A stretch of DNA of 64,000 bases from Podarcis pityusensis (taxonomy: Eukaryota): assembly GCA_964106645.2 (NCBI GenBank), contig OZ067043.1; one strand, 5' to 3'. Below the pieces are notes generated by a model. It had not been told where the DNA came from and made no database searches. It saw only the letters and a list, made by a program, of their open reading frames with translations. Shown in pieces: positions 50,961 to 64,000 of this stretch (positions are counted from its first letter, which is position 1; each line of letters begins with the position of its first letter). A program made the translations under genes and the position numbers.

Positions 50961-53900
50961 CAGGCTTCGCCTCCGCTTCCTTCCCCGCTGCCTCTTTGCC
51001 TTCTCACGGGCTGCCCTTTCATTCCCCTCCCTCCTGTCAAATGCCATTCCTCTTTCCCCTCCCCCCCCCCATACTGTATCCTTTTCCTCGATCCCCTTCC
51101 CTCCCTCTCTCTCTCCACCCCCAACCTGCCTTTCCCCCTATTCTCTCGCTCGGTCCCTTATCTCTGCTGCTGCTTCTGTGCTTTAAGACCCTGAAGATTT
51201 CCCTCCTCCAACAATCGCAGCCTTTTGTCTGGTCTGTTTGCTGCTTGACAGTATCCCCACCACCACCACCACCACCCCGGAGGGCGGAGGTTGGAAGGGA
51301 GAATGAGAGGGTGTCCCCCACACCCCATGCAAGCTCTGCTGTGTGGCGGGCTTGAGAAGGAGCCGGCTTTGGTCTCTTTTCCTTTTCCTAAAGTAGGGGT
51401 GTTGCTGTGAAGGAGATGTTGGGGGGAAGTTTTCCAAAGGACGTAGGCAGCTGCCAGCATCATAGAGACCTGAACTTGCTTTGGGAAAGGATTCGAACTC
51501 TTTTGTCAAAGCGCCTCCCCCTAACGTTGCCTGCTTCCAAAACCCCTCTCTCCCACCCGTGGGTTAGAGAAGGACCAAACCCCACCCCCCAAACATCAGA
51601 AGATGATGTCTGTAGGGAAAGCAGGGTTAGGACACCTTGCAACGCATTATTGCTCCTTGCCTATAGAAAACTCTTATTTGCGTTTAAAATGAAATAATAC
51701 ATAGCCTTCTATGCAAATACTTGAGAATCTCATTGAGCATAACAAATGGGATTATTTTAGGAGGAGTGGGGGAACCAAAGTAATGTATAATGTATAACTT
51801 TTGCTAGTGCCTGAATGTTTGGAATTTTGTCATCATGGCATTCCATTTCTTGTGTGAGTATATGCGTGATATAGATTCCATTGGAAACTGAAAATGGAAA
51901 TGAAGTCCTTGACTTTATTGACATTCAACACAAGGGTTATTATTACGAGCCTTGTCAGGGGATTCGTAAGTCTGAGTGAGTGACAAAGGTTGTTTTCCTC
52001 CCATCCTATTTCCCTCCTGAAATCTGCTTTTGTGAAACGCTAGAAATAATCTGTTTCACATTGTTAGTGGAGGTGAATGAAATGAGTGTTCCCATTAAAC
52101 TGATATTCTGTTATAATTTTGTTTTGCACATTTGAAATGTAAATTCATTTTATGCCAATGCCCATTGCCATGTATAAACGTCCTGTTAGGTCCCCCCAGA
52201 TTTTTTAAAAAATGTTTTACTCTTACAGACAGTATGTGTGGCTATTCCACCCTCCTCTTGTAGAAAAATAGGAGTTAGTCAGTCAAATTTATTTGCAAAA
52301 AAATTAGTCATCACAAAAATACAGGCATGATCAAGCTGAAAGATGCAGTGCTCAGCACAATTTAAGTGGTTGTACAGATTTTTATATATCTACACATTCC
52401 CTTAAAAAAGCCTCCTCTGGAATGCTTATACCTTTTAACAATACATAATTAAATTATATATTTTTTTTCATACAAAGGGCTCAGTTATCCACTATGACTA
52501 AAATAATAGGTGGTTGTAGGAGTAAAGAGCTGAAATGGCAACATGAAACAATGTTGTGAGAAGAGAAGTAAGTCTATGAAGAATCTCTGAATATGATTTG
52601 ACTGTGGAGTTTGCAATCCTTGGATTACAGAACATTTACATCTGATATGTACTTCAACAAGAACACAAATGGTTTATTAAACTTCATATCAAAATAGGTA
52701 TGAAATCAACTTTAGATTTTATAATGGATGACTCATTGACATGTGAATGTGAGGACTAGAGGTTTTTGGACTGATTTGGTACGGCAAATTAAGAAACACT
52801 TGTTTTTTAAAGAATTTATGATAATAAGGTGAGCAACCGAGTGCAAAATTCTGAATAAATAATTCTTAGTATTTCTTGAATTAGAAATATAGAAGCCTTT
52901 GTAACTTATTTTGTACTGTATTATCAATATTTACTGCAGCAGCTGGGGTGTTTCCTCTAAAGATGACTCTTCTTAAAATATTTGGGGGGGGGAGTAGAGG
53001 ATTTTGGAAACGACACAGGGAAATGGTGAAGGAAAGTACACACAAAGCTGCAGATGGAATGCAACAATTTTTAGACTGAGAGCAGACCAGTTTATCTAGG
53101 CTCTCTTCCATTGATATGTCTTTGCCGTATCATGGTTCCATGACTAGATTAAGTAGCCTCTTGCGGTTTGTAGTTCGCAACAGGGCACCTGATTTTGTCA
53201 GGTACCATGCTGCATAAATGCAAAATTTAGCTGCAAACAGAATACCTATTCAATGTAAATATAATGTTTTTCTAATACAGGAGGGTGGGAAAGGGAGTTT
53301 TTTCTTACTGAACATATGGAAATATTCCATAATATAGGAATTGCAACCTCTGCTGCAGTTACCGACAATAAGAAGTTGTCAGCTTCCATTGATGTTCTCC
53401 CCCTCTCTTTTTAAAGTTTACAAGCCATAGATAAATTTATAACAGGGCTGGAGAATGAGATGAAAGACGGCTGATTTAATAGGGAAAGGAGTTGGTGCAC
53501 ATTTGCATAATACTGTAAGCCCTTTCCTAGAGAGGAGCTGAAAGAGAATTTAAATAAAACAAAATGCTCTGAAGTGATGAATGTTTATCTCATGCAGATG
53601 GTGAGCATAATAGTTTCCATATCTGTACTGGTAACCACATCTACTAATGTGTAAGATAGGGTAAGCCTTACCAACAAAGAGGTTTGTTGGTCTTGGAAGC
53701 ATTTGCATTGAAATTGGAACTTTTGATTCTGTGATGTATGAGAGCCTTTATGTTTTAAGGGAAAATATATACTGGCCATGAAATAAATAAATAAAATGTT
53801 AATTTATAATAAAGACCATCTGTAGCTCTACTTTTTTGTATGTTCATAATATGATCCCATCCATTCATTTCATTCTTTGATGTCTGTGCATACTTGTTAA

Positions 53901-55094
53901 AATTGTATGGATGCAGTTAATATTGTTTCAGGACATCCAATGGATATTTCAAATAAAGACAAGCAAATATTTGTTTTATAAGTGATCAGAACAGTAGTGG
54001 TGGTCTAGATAAAAGATTTTTCATATATATTTAACCTTTTGGTGCCTGGTATTCTAGAGATCTGAGCAATGTTTACGGTGTATGGTCAATTAATAATTCC
54101 TTCATGCTTAGTAAAACTTAAACACAGCTTAAGCTTGATCTCACTAGAGTCATTAAATTGATTTTTCAGTGTTAGAAGGCTGCTGGACACAAGCATCTTT
54201 GTCTTTTGTTTACATAAGACATCCTTAGCTTTGTGTGGCAGTTATAGTAGGGTTGTTTAGAAATTAGTAGATGGATAAAGGAAAGCTTAAAAGAACGGGG
54301 AATATTGAGCCTTAACATGAAGCACACTGTTTGTTGGGATCCCTAAAGGAGGGAGTCGATTTTTAACAAGTTAATTCAGGTGCAATAAATTTCCAGGAAC
54401 TATAAATAAATAAAAATATTATATAAATATAAATAAATAGCAATAAAAATGTACATGGAAGGTATTTTCTTTGGAGAAAATATTGTTTATGGATATTGAT
54501 CATAAACTTGTATCCAACATGTTGTCCAACACAAAAAGTTCCACTTCTGGTTTGCACTTTTAATTTAATATTGTTTGTCCTTGAGTTGATGCTTGCATAC
54601 TCATAAGCAGATGTCTCATTTTTAGATGGGGTGTGTGTATTTGTGTCTCTTTATAACTGCAGTACTTTCTCAGACAAGGAAAGATACATTTACACACTGT
54701 CAGCCATAACTATCAAGCTTTTTAATATAGAAAATACATCCAGAAACCTGAAATTCACTGTGTTTTATATCCTGCAATACTGGAATGCTCACAGAGAAGT
54801 GTATGTGCGCTTCTAGATACATGAGGGGAATTCACTTTTTAAAAACTTACTGTGGAGCCATCAGAAAATTTTTAAAAATATATAATCATCAGGGCAATCT
54901 TGTGTATGCTTACCTGTAAGTCCCATTGAACACAGTGTGGCTTTGAATAAACATGATTAGGATTTTGCTGTAAATTTGCTTTCACTTTCTTCCTTAGACT
55001 TTCACAATTCTTCTGATGTTGTGCTTCAGGCAGTTTTGTTCACATCTGGGCTAAACATTATTCACCAATTGGGAATCAACATATCTACAGGTGT

Positions 55095-55265
55095 GGAGAA
55101 GAAGTCTGAGTTTTGGATTAGGACCTGGAAGACCAGGGTTCAGATTATTGCTCAGCCATGAAGCTCACTGGGAGACCTTGGGCCAGTCATTGTCTCTCAG
55201 CCTGATGTACCTTACAGGGTTGTAGTGAGGATGAAATGGGCAGGGGAGAACCTTGAGCTCTTTGG
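55095..55265 (+). mobile_element. MIR/CORE-like tRNA-derived SINE
   Basis: GACCAGGGTTCAGAT...CAGCCATGAAGCTCACTGGGAGACCTTGGGCCAGTC...TACCTTACAGGGTTGTAGTGAGGATGAAATGG. Confidence 0.7.
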
Positions 55266-57609
55266 GGAAAACACAAGAGAGGAAGTCAATACAAAATAAT
55301 TCAATTAATATAGCTCTTTTATGTCAAAACTGAAGACTTTGAAAATTGTTCAGAGGAAAAACAAACAAGCGTTTCCACCCCTGATGCCTTGTTAAATTGA
55401 TAGAAATTGATTTGAAGTATCAGTTAAAAACAGCAAAGTGTTTAACTTTGGGTTTGGGATGATTTTTGTTGCTGTGTTGTCCCAATGACATCACTAGGAG
55501 GTACTGCTATTGCTCCTGAAACAGTACAGTATTGTGAATGGCTCCTAAAATTTTAATCTACAAAGTCTTTGATGACTATGCTATTTATAAATGTTTAGGA
55601 CTGTAGCTTGCATTCTGCACTATTTTACTTTGTTCATCTAAAGTGCCCAGTTAAGCATGCTAACGTCAGAACAGTTTCAGTGAGAGTAACATGTGTCTAA
55701 TTATGTTCTCAATTTCTTCCCAAGATCTAAATTTAGTAGTGTAAGGAAACATTGTTGCAACTTTCACTTTTAGACATAAACTTGACCCAGATTTGTTGCC
55801 AATCTCTGAGAACAGTGTTGTTAAGAAATTAGCAATAGTGAACAGCTTCTACTAAATAAAATGCATGTTTCGCCATTGTTTTATGTATATGGAATAGCAT
55901 GTACCATACTTTGATTCAGTAATTATTTATATTTTAAGAGTTGGGCAGTTGTACCCAAACCAGCATTGCCACAAAAGAAAAAGGATTTATTTTAACCAGT
56001 TAGTAAATAGAACAATTGATGCAAAACCTATAAAATGTAGTTATACTTTGTGTTAGCAAAAATTCTATTCTACTTTTTAACAACTTGCTCCCATAATTTA
56101 AATTGATGTTACAGCTCAAATCTTACAGCATAGGTTTTATCCCAGGAGGCACAGATACTTCTCAAAGCATATTTGTGGATAATATAAAAAGAACATTGAG
56201 GGCCACATCACAGGGCAGCAGAGGTGTTGATTACTGGCAGAGAGATCAAGGCAAACAATAACTGGAAACAGGATTGTTTTAGGGTCTGTACAGATGTAAA
56301 TAGTTTGCATGGTTAGCCTTCTCTGGATCTCCAGCTTACCATTTTTTTGGTCAGACGTCTAGCCTTCCTCAGAGTAGTGAGCTCAGAAGCAATACTGTAA
56401 TTTATTTCTCTTTTCATAGGAAGTAAGCTATGAAAGTGCTTATTTGCTGGCCTTTGTGATAAAGAAGCCATGGAGTAAGCTTGGATTGTTGGCTATGGTT
56501 GCCACCAGAATTTTCAGGACTGGGGTTTTGCCTGACATGGAAAAGTTTACACATGTTTTTTAGGAAACCAGGTTAAGAGCCAATACGGGCTTAGAATTTC
56601 CTGTGAAGTGGCACAGAAAGGTTGGATGAGTTCCATGTTGCATGGGCCGAGTGAACAACACCCACATGATGACTTCTGCATACAGTGGCTTTAACATTTA
56701 ACAAAGCACTTGCTTTGTTGATCCTCACACCAGCAGCTTTCAGCAATGTGCAGTTCAGCTGTAGAGAGTGTTAAGGTTGTTACGTGCAGAAGCTGTCACA
56801 CAGATGCTGCCCACATTGGCTGTGACATTTGAGCTGGTCCTGAATTCAGCATTTGGGAGGCCTTTCAAGATGACCACTAGAAAAAGTGCTCTGACTCAAA
56901 ATTCTAGTCCTGTTGGAATCAGCACTTCAGATAGCCTGATGCCAGACATGCTATCGTCACGTATTAGCTAGTCGGAGATTGTCAGGGCACATGTTATAAA
57001 GAAGTTTTGTTTTACATCTCTTAATTGGTTCTGCTTCAGCTGTACTGCAAGGTTTCTCCGGTAACGATGTGAGGCAGAGGACCAAATGTCATGTTACATG
57101 CATGTAAAGTAAGCCTATTTTAATTTTGCTAGTTGTAGGGAGTAGAATTGAGAGGGGGCATTTTGATTAACTTTGTAGGGAGGGAGCTATTAGGGGTAAA
57201 GGGTGCGACTCTTCCAGCAGATAATAAATCTCTTGCTAGCTACCAACTGGTAGATTCCATTTCCCTTTTCTGTAACACCCTATGCCAAGTATTATCCAGT
57301 CTTTCTTCCCCCTTGACTGTTCCCTTTAAGTCCACTCCCCTATTCTTCCAGACACTGCCTACCCACTTTTCTCTTTAAGTCCCACTTCTCACCTTACTGT
57401 CTTCTGTGCCTGCCTTTGATGGTCTCCTTGCCCCTTTACTCCCCTGCATTCTAGGCTCTCTTTCCATAACTATGCTCAGCTTCCCTGAATGCCCAGTACT
57501 GCTGCAATTCTCCCTTTTTCCCTGCAAGCCGCAAACTGCAACACCTGCCTTGAGGCCTGGTGTGAGGTTCTGCTCTCAGCTAAGCTGACAGTTTTCTAAG
57601 GGGCCGTGG

Positions 57610-58105
57610 CAAAAAATTATGCATAGCGTGGAGGAAAGTTGGTTGAGAGAAGTTTCTCTCTCTTTCTCTTAATACAGTGGCACCTTGGGTTACATATGCT
57701 TCAGGTTACGTACATTTCAGGTTACAGACTCCACAAAACCCAGAAATAGGGCTTCAGGTTAAGAACTTTGCTTTAGGATGAGAACAGAAATCGTGCTCCG
57801 GTGGCGCGGCACCAGCAGGAGGCCCCATTAGCTAAAGTGGTGCTTCAGGTTAAGAACAGTTTCAGGTTAAGAACGGACCTCCGGAACGAATTAAGTACTT
57901 AACCTGAGGTACCACTGTACTAGAAACCAGGGCCATCCCATGAAAGTGAATATTGGAAGATTCAGGACAGACAAAAGAAAAAACACCCTCACAAAGTGCA
58001 GAGTTAAGCTGTGGAATTTGCTATCGCAAGAGGTCGTGGTGGCCACCAACTTGGATCGCTTTTCCAAAGAGGATTAGACAGATTCATGGAGAACAAGGCT
58101 ATTAA
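57610..58105 (+). mobile_element. CR1 LINE 3' fragment interrupted by a MITE
   Basis: ...TCTCTTAATA[MITE]CTAGAAACCAGGGCCATCCCATGAAAG...TTCAGGACAGACAAAAG...GGATTAGACAGATTCATGGAG. Confidence 0.7.
57675..57917. mobile_element. Tc1/mariner-type MITE, subfamily B
   Basis: TA|CAGTGGCACCTTGGGTTA ... TAACCTGAGGTACCACTG|TA. Confidence 0.9.
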
Positions 58106-58290
58106 GAGCTGTAGCCGTAGCAGCAACGTTCTCTGGATGCCAGTCACTGGGTATCACAAATGGGGTGCTCAGATTCTGCTTGTTGGTTTCCCAGGGGGTG
58201 GCCACTGTGGGAAGCGGATGCTGGACTAGATGTGCCTTTGGATTGATCCACTGTGGCTCTTCTTATACTTTCCCAAAAGCAGTTAGAATA

Positions 58291-58519
58291 CAGGGGTACC
58301 TCAGTTTACGAACTTAATTCGTTCCGGAAGTCCGTTCTTAAACCGAAACTGTTCTTAAAACAAGGTGCACTTTCCCTAATGAGGCCTCCCACCGCCAGTG
58401 ACCTTCCACCGTTCGGATACTGTTCTTAGACCGAGGTAAAGTTCGCAAACCGGGACACTACTTCTGGTTTTGCGCAGTTAGTTCTTAAACAGGGCTGTTC
58501 CTAAACCGAGGTACCACTG
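58291..58519. mobile_element. Tc1/mariner-type MITE, subfamily A
   Basis: TA|CAGGGGTACCTCAGTTT ... AAACCGAGGTACCACTG|TA. Similar to 537-777. Confidence 0.9.
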
Positions 58520-61500
58520 TACTATGAAACATATGTCATGGAAGCTCCAGTAATAGCTGTGGGCCTTCACAGGTGGCAGCTGAATTTCGAGAGAGCAAGA
58601 GAGAATGAGTGTGGTTCAGCATTACACGGCTGGTCTTTGATGAGTCCAAAAATAAAAGCTTCCTCCTTCTACACCTTTAAAATGGGGAAGGGTTAGTGTG
58701 CTTTATTATGTGCATATGAAATGAGCATCGACACACCTAATTTATTTAATAGGGATAAGCATTCATAATTTCCTTTCTGAAGCCAGATGCCATAAATGCA
58801 TTTGGAAATGCATCAGATCCCTTGACAGTGATGAACACTGAATTAAGAGGAGTTGCATCATGCAAAACAGGCTTTTAAAATAAAACCATTTATGGTGCTA
58901 AGCACAAGAACTACACAAATATATCCAGAGGTTGTGAAACCATCAATAGGTTTTGTCTTGCATCTACTAGTTTTGTTTTAAGGGTACAAATTTATTCAAC
59001 TACATTTCAGTAGCAATTGATGCTGAAGCCTGTCTGAGAGAAAGCTGCAACAATCATTTACTTTTGTGTGTGTGCTCATCATTGTGGGGAGCATACTATT
59101 TTAATATGCCAGAATATGGTATTTGCTAGCATTTCCCCTGCTGCTTTGATTGCAAACGAGAAATCAAAGGTAAATATATTGCATCCAATTATACTTAGGT
59201 CCTGTCCCCCACCTCAGTGGCGTCTGAGCAGCTATGTTAATCCACGCACAGCTGATGACATCCGCAGATCAAGTTTCTGGCTACTAAAGGGAATAAAATG
59301 CCCCAATGTGCTTGAATAGGAGAGGTTGGGTGGAACTCTGCAGACTATTGGCTCATTTAGGAGGGATGTTGTTTCCTCCTGTGCTTTGCCTGTTTTGCTT
59401 TGGTCAAATGGCTAGGCAATGAATGTTGTGCCACTGCAGGAAGGAATTAGTAGTGTGAGTACCTCTTTCTGGTTGTGCATTTCTATGTTTTGAAGGCGCT
59501 TTAAAAGGAACTATAGGAGGGATTGTTCCCTCCCAATCATTTTTACAGACCAAGCCGAGGCTCCTTTAAGCTATGCAAAAATAACACTTTCTCACAATAA
59601 TAAATATATCTGCAGCAAATTAGCTTCTCCCTTGCCCCCATCTCTGGAAAAAAATAAGAGATGTAGTGAGAAATGTATTGCAAAAAAGCTGTGGTTCCTT
59701 TTTCTTCCCTTCATGGAAAGGAATTCTTTCTTTCCACTTCACATCGTCTGACCAGGCATAACATACCCTGGAGTATGTTGCATAAAAACATGATGTTTTC
59801 TGCCCATTAAACTTCACATGTACAGGAAAGTGCAATCCATGGTTTTTTTTTTATAATCTAGTGTTGTTGGTACACGTCGCTAGGTCTCCCAAGAGGACAT
59901 GCTAAAATCGCTTATTCAAGGCTCTCTCTGTGTATTAAGTGAAATTTGCACTGTAAAGATCCATGAAACTGTGACCTTTTTCTTTTCAAAGCATTTTCTT
60001 ATTTTCTTTTAACTGTATTTGTTTTGCATTACTTTATGCTATCAAGGGTTCTATAAAATAAATTTCTCTATGACCTTTCATCTTGCAGGAAAAAAATAGG
60101 TTAACCCATTCAAAAAAGGTAATATTGTAGTAGTCAGCAAAGCTGTTCAAGGTTCTTCCTTTGCATGGCTGATAGGCTGAGAGAATGTTCAATGGACTTT
60201 GGTTTAGGAGACAATAACTACTTAAATTAATCTTTGTCAGATACATGCCAGAACAGACAATTCAAATGTTATCCCTATCAGCACCCCCACCGCACAAACA
60301 CACACACATAAAACACATCAACATTACACTGGTTCTTTTAATAAATTAATTTTTTTGTGATGTGTTCTGGTTGGAAGGGTACCATTCAATATTATAAGGG
60401 GTTAGGTTTCTTTTAAAGCAAGCTTTCCTTTCTGAGTACGGACGTCTCCTCTCTGAAAGTGTCAATAATGGTTGGTTTGTTCGCTTTAAGCAAGGAAATG
60501 CAGGAATAAAAAGCCATTATTTCGTAAGTTACTGTATGTTAGCTACCTTCTTTGAACATAGCTGAACTGTAAGATGGTGAAGGCTGGAGTGGGATTGCTT
60601 TTAGCTCTGCAGTCCTAGGGCAACCCTTACACCCTTTTCCATTGTTAAAATTCCCATGGCCGCGTAGGAATCACATAATATCACGTACTGAATGAAACAT
60701 CATGGTCTTCAGTACCACAAATTATCCAAGAGCTCCTGATGTGACTCCATCTTTAAAGATAAGCAGGTCTGGCATGTCATCTTAAAAAGTTAAGTTAGTT
60801 TGTCCCTGGAACGGGGGTCCCTTGGGAATTCCATGTTTCCAAGTCTCAAGGACAAAGGGGGCAGGATAAAAATGTAGCCGCATTCTAGATAGCAACAGCA
60901 TGGCAATGCTACCAAAAAGAAGCTCATGGGGAGAATAAATGCTTCCTCTAGATCAGCCTTCCCTAATCTGGTGACCTTCAGATGCTGTGGACTACAAAGC
61001 ACAGGGCTGGTGGCAGTTGTGGTCTGCAACATCTGGAGCTGCTATTGGCCACCCCTGGATAGCTCTAGGAACTATTCTTACAGGGCATTTCTATGCATGA
61101 CTACTCAAAAGTAGTTCTTATTTAGTTCAATGGATTTACTTTCAGGACAGTAAGCATTGTAGTCTAACTAACACTGGGTTTTGTTTTGCAACTGAATAAC
61201 AAAAGTCAAAGAAGCACTGAGGTAGGACAAAGGTTAGGGGACATACATTAAATAAGCATTCACCTGGAGCTAAGATTGAATAGACAGTGTGGAACATTTT
61301 ACTTGTAATTATGGTGACAGGATCTTTTGATGGCGAATGGAAAAACCAAGCACTACATCTTTCTTGTGCAGACGGTATTGTTTCTGCCCTAAAGTCTCTG
61401 TTGGCTGGCATCTGAGTGGATTCAAAAGCATGATGGATTTAGTAGAGATAATGGTTTTCCACATGGAAATTCAGTATTGTGCTGAATGTTCTGAAGATGC

Positions 61501-63074
61501 GAAATAGTCCCTGGGTTGAGTTGTTGCTCAATGGAATGTCTACCCCCCCCCCGTCACCACATGTCCCCTGTACTTTCCCAAATCTGCTGTGGAGGGTTGG
61601 GGAAAACCCACAAACAGATTTGTGGGGGGCGCAGGAAGGAAGGGAAGGGAGGGAAATTCCATTATGTGAGTGGAAGTCATTCTGCTTGTGCAGTCATTTA
61701 GTTGGATACAAGCCCCTTGTGTGTGATCATTTCACCCACACATAGGAGACATGTCATATCTAAAATTTAAAGGACTCTGGCTAGCTCATTTTGCAAATAA
61801 CACTATTTACATGGAAGTTGATATCATATTACAAAATATTGTGAAAAAGGATAGGTGAAAGGACTGTATACAAATATAGAATCTTCTCATTTTCCAGTAC
61901 AATTGCCAACTTATTAAGGGACATTTATCCTTTGATTAACTATTTTTCAATTAAGTATGTTAAGATATGTTTCTCCTTAATAGCTTACTTCCTCTCCTTT
62001 AAATATAATAGAAATCATTTGTATGGCAAATCATTTTTTTAAAATATCGCTTGAATTAAGAGACAGAAATAAATTGTTTGCAACATTTACAACTGGTAAC
62101 AAGATTGTTTTACAAGCAATAGTGCCAATTAAATTAAATCCAAGATTTTCACCTGCAGTTAATAGTTCAGTCATTGCTAAGTCACTGTTATTAGTAACTG
62201 GGTGCTCTGCTGCTTTGAGGCCTTTTTAGATCCATTTCAGGGTGCAATCCTGAACAACTCTAGTCTGCTTAAATGCCATTGACTTGGGTTTTGTTTCAGC
62301 CAGCCCAGCTGCCTATGGCTTTCGTTTTTTTTAATAATCTGGTAGGAAAAGGAGCCATGCAAAGGAAACTTCCTTCTCATGAGCAAAATCAGCGTAGTTT
62401 TTATACCATTGGTATTGCTTATTTCAAATTCAGTCCATGTCCTCCTGCATACCCCATAGTTCCTGACAGCCACATAGTGTGACCAGATGCGTAAGAGGAT
62501 AGGGGTCCTACACCTTTAGTAATTGTGTAGAAGAGGAATTTAGGTGTAACTTACATGACACACGGCTTGCATAGAGTAACTGAGGTTTTGAATAGTTCAG
62601 AATATAACAAACTTAACAGAACAGCTATTTTTTAAATAAAAAACCCCATCAAAGTTATATGAATGAGGTGAGCATATATTTACAGAGAAAGTTAACGTTT
62701 TCTCAGTCAAAGTATAATCATCACCACTATGCTGGCTGCTTCTCACAAGATTATTTTGTGTTTGGAGTGTGGACAGCAGCCTACAAAATATATACCCCAC
62801 TTCTCAAGTATGAATGCTACTCACATCTGATTTCCTCACCAATGTTCCACTTTACATACATGTGAATAAATTACATAAACCCTTCATCCCTAGCAGGTAG
62901 AGTATATTTATTTAGTTGCGTCTCTATACTTCCCTTTCTTTAAAGGGAGTTTAGGACAATGTATCTTGAATATTAAAATGGCAATATAATGTACAGCCAC
63001 TCCAGGTAGCCATTCAAGAATGCAAAAGCTCAGCTCTTACAACTTTTTGTTTTGTTGGCATATTGTAATGCTTC

Positions 63075-63205
63075 TTAGGAGAGCCCTATTCCCCTCATGG
63101 AGCTACAATTCCCAGAGCTCCCTGGGCAGAGGGATCGTTAAACCGCTCTGGGAATTGCAGCTCCGAGAGGGGAATGAGGCTCTCTTAACAACTCACAGCA
63201 CCCCT
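63075..63205. mobile_element. Palindromic MITE remnant
   Basis: Arms ATTCCCCTCATGGAGCTACAATTCCCAGAG and CTCTGGGAATTGCAGCTCCGAGAGGGGAAT are near reverse complements. Confidence 0.65.
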
Positions 63206-64000
63206 AACAAACGACACACTTGTGTAACCATATGCTCTCAGAATTATTTTTCTATAGTATTTTTGCTTATATCAGTACCAGTCCTTAGATCAGGGTTGAG
63301 GAACATGAAGCCCTCACCATGCCTCTTGGTCAGGGATGAGGGGAGTTGTAATCCAACAACATCTGGAGGGCCACAATTTCCTCACCCCTGCCTTAGATGG
63401 AAGGGAAAGCTACCTAGCTTCCTAAACGTTTTTTATGGCAGTCTTCCCCAGGCCAGTGATTTTGGGAACTCTTTAATGAAGGTACAGTATTTTGAAACTC
63501 TGCAAGCTGCAAAAGTGCCGCATTAATATATATATCCATCCTTGTGGCTTGACTGTGGTTTCTGTGTTTATGTCAATTCTTCTCGCTTCAGTGGACTGTA
63601 TTTAAGTACGGTACCTCATTCCATCAGTGCAAGGATTTCAGTTTGTGCAGTGGGACTCCCCTGTACATGTATGTGCCCTGTACCCTCTCCTAATCTGCTT
63701 CAGAGGATTGAGTGAACCACTGGAATGGATTTAGGGGACAACAGGGGGAGAATATTCCATTGTGTCGGCAGAAATCCTCTTGCTGACGGAACTAGGGGCG
63801 CAGCACTACATTGAATATTGATGTTTCACAGGGATGATGACTTCAGATAACTTTTGAGAGTTGCTTTTATGTTTTTATTAATTCAAGAGAGCAGCACTGC
63901 TATGTTAGCGCTGGAAAAGAGTTTTGTCACACTTCTACACTCTGATAAACCCTCTTTCCTTTCTGCTGTGTCCTCCTATCCCCATTGTGCTCTCTGCAGC

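Overview
Vertebrate genomic DNA, most likely a squamate such as a lacertid lizard (inferred from the CR1/L2/RTE/SINE/MITE repeat mix). Four spliced protein-coding genes can be rebuilt by hand from splice sites and reading-frame phase. (1) + strand 2790-9694: an unnamed 327-aa type I transmembrane mucin-like glycoprotein, 5 coding exons. (2) - strand 27739-17332: an 11-coding-exon, 377-aa coiled-coil protein of the CCDC163/CCDC159 type, with two GC-AG introns. (3) + strand 28925/28928-37949: MMACHC (CblC), 4 exons, head-to-head with gene 2 on a shared CpG island that carries an ACTACAnnTCCCA (ZNF143/THAP11-type) motif. (4) + strand from 50108: ZSWIM5 coding exon 1 in a CpG island, with intron 1 running to the window end. 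Repeats include a solo LTR with TSD, six TA-flanked Tc1/mariner-type MITEs, hAT-type MITEs, LINE/SINE fragments and microsatellites. I see no evidence of a wholly new biological system. The best leads are the orphan mucin-like receptor, the long CCDC163-like protein, the promoter architecture, MITE-borne ZNF143-like motifs and a gene order that differs from human. All comparisons to human proteins and gene order are from memory, not from database searches.
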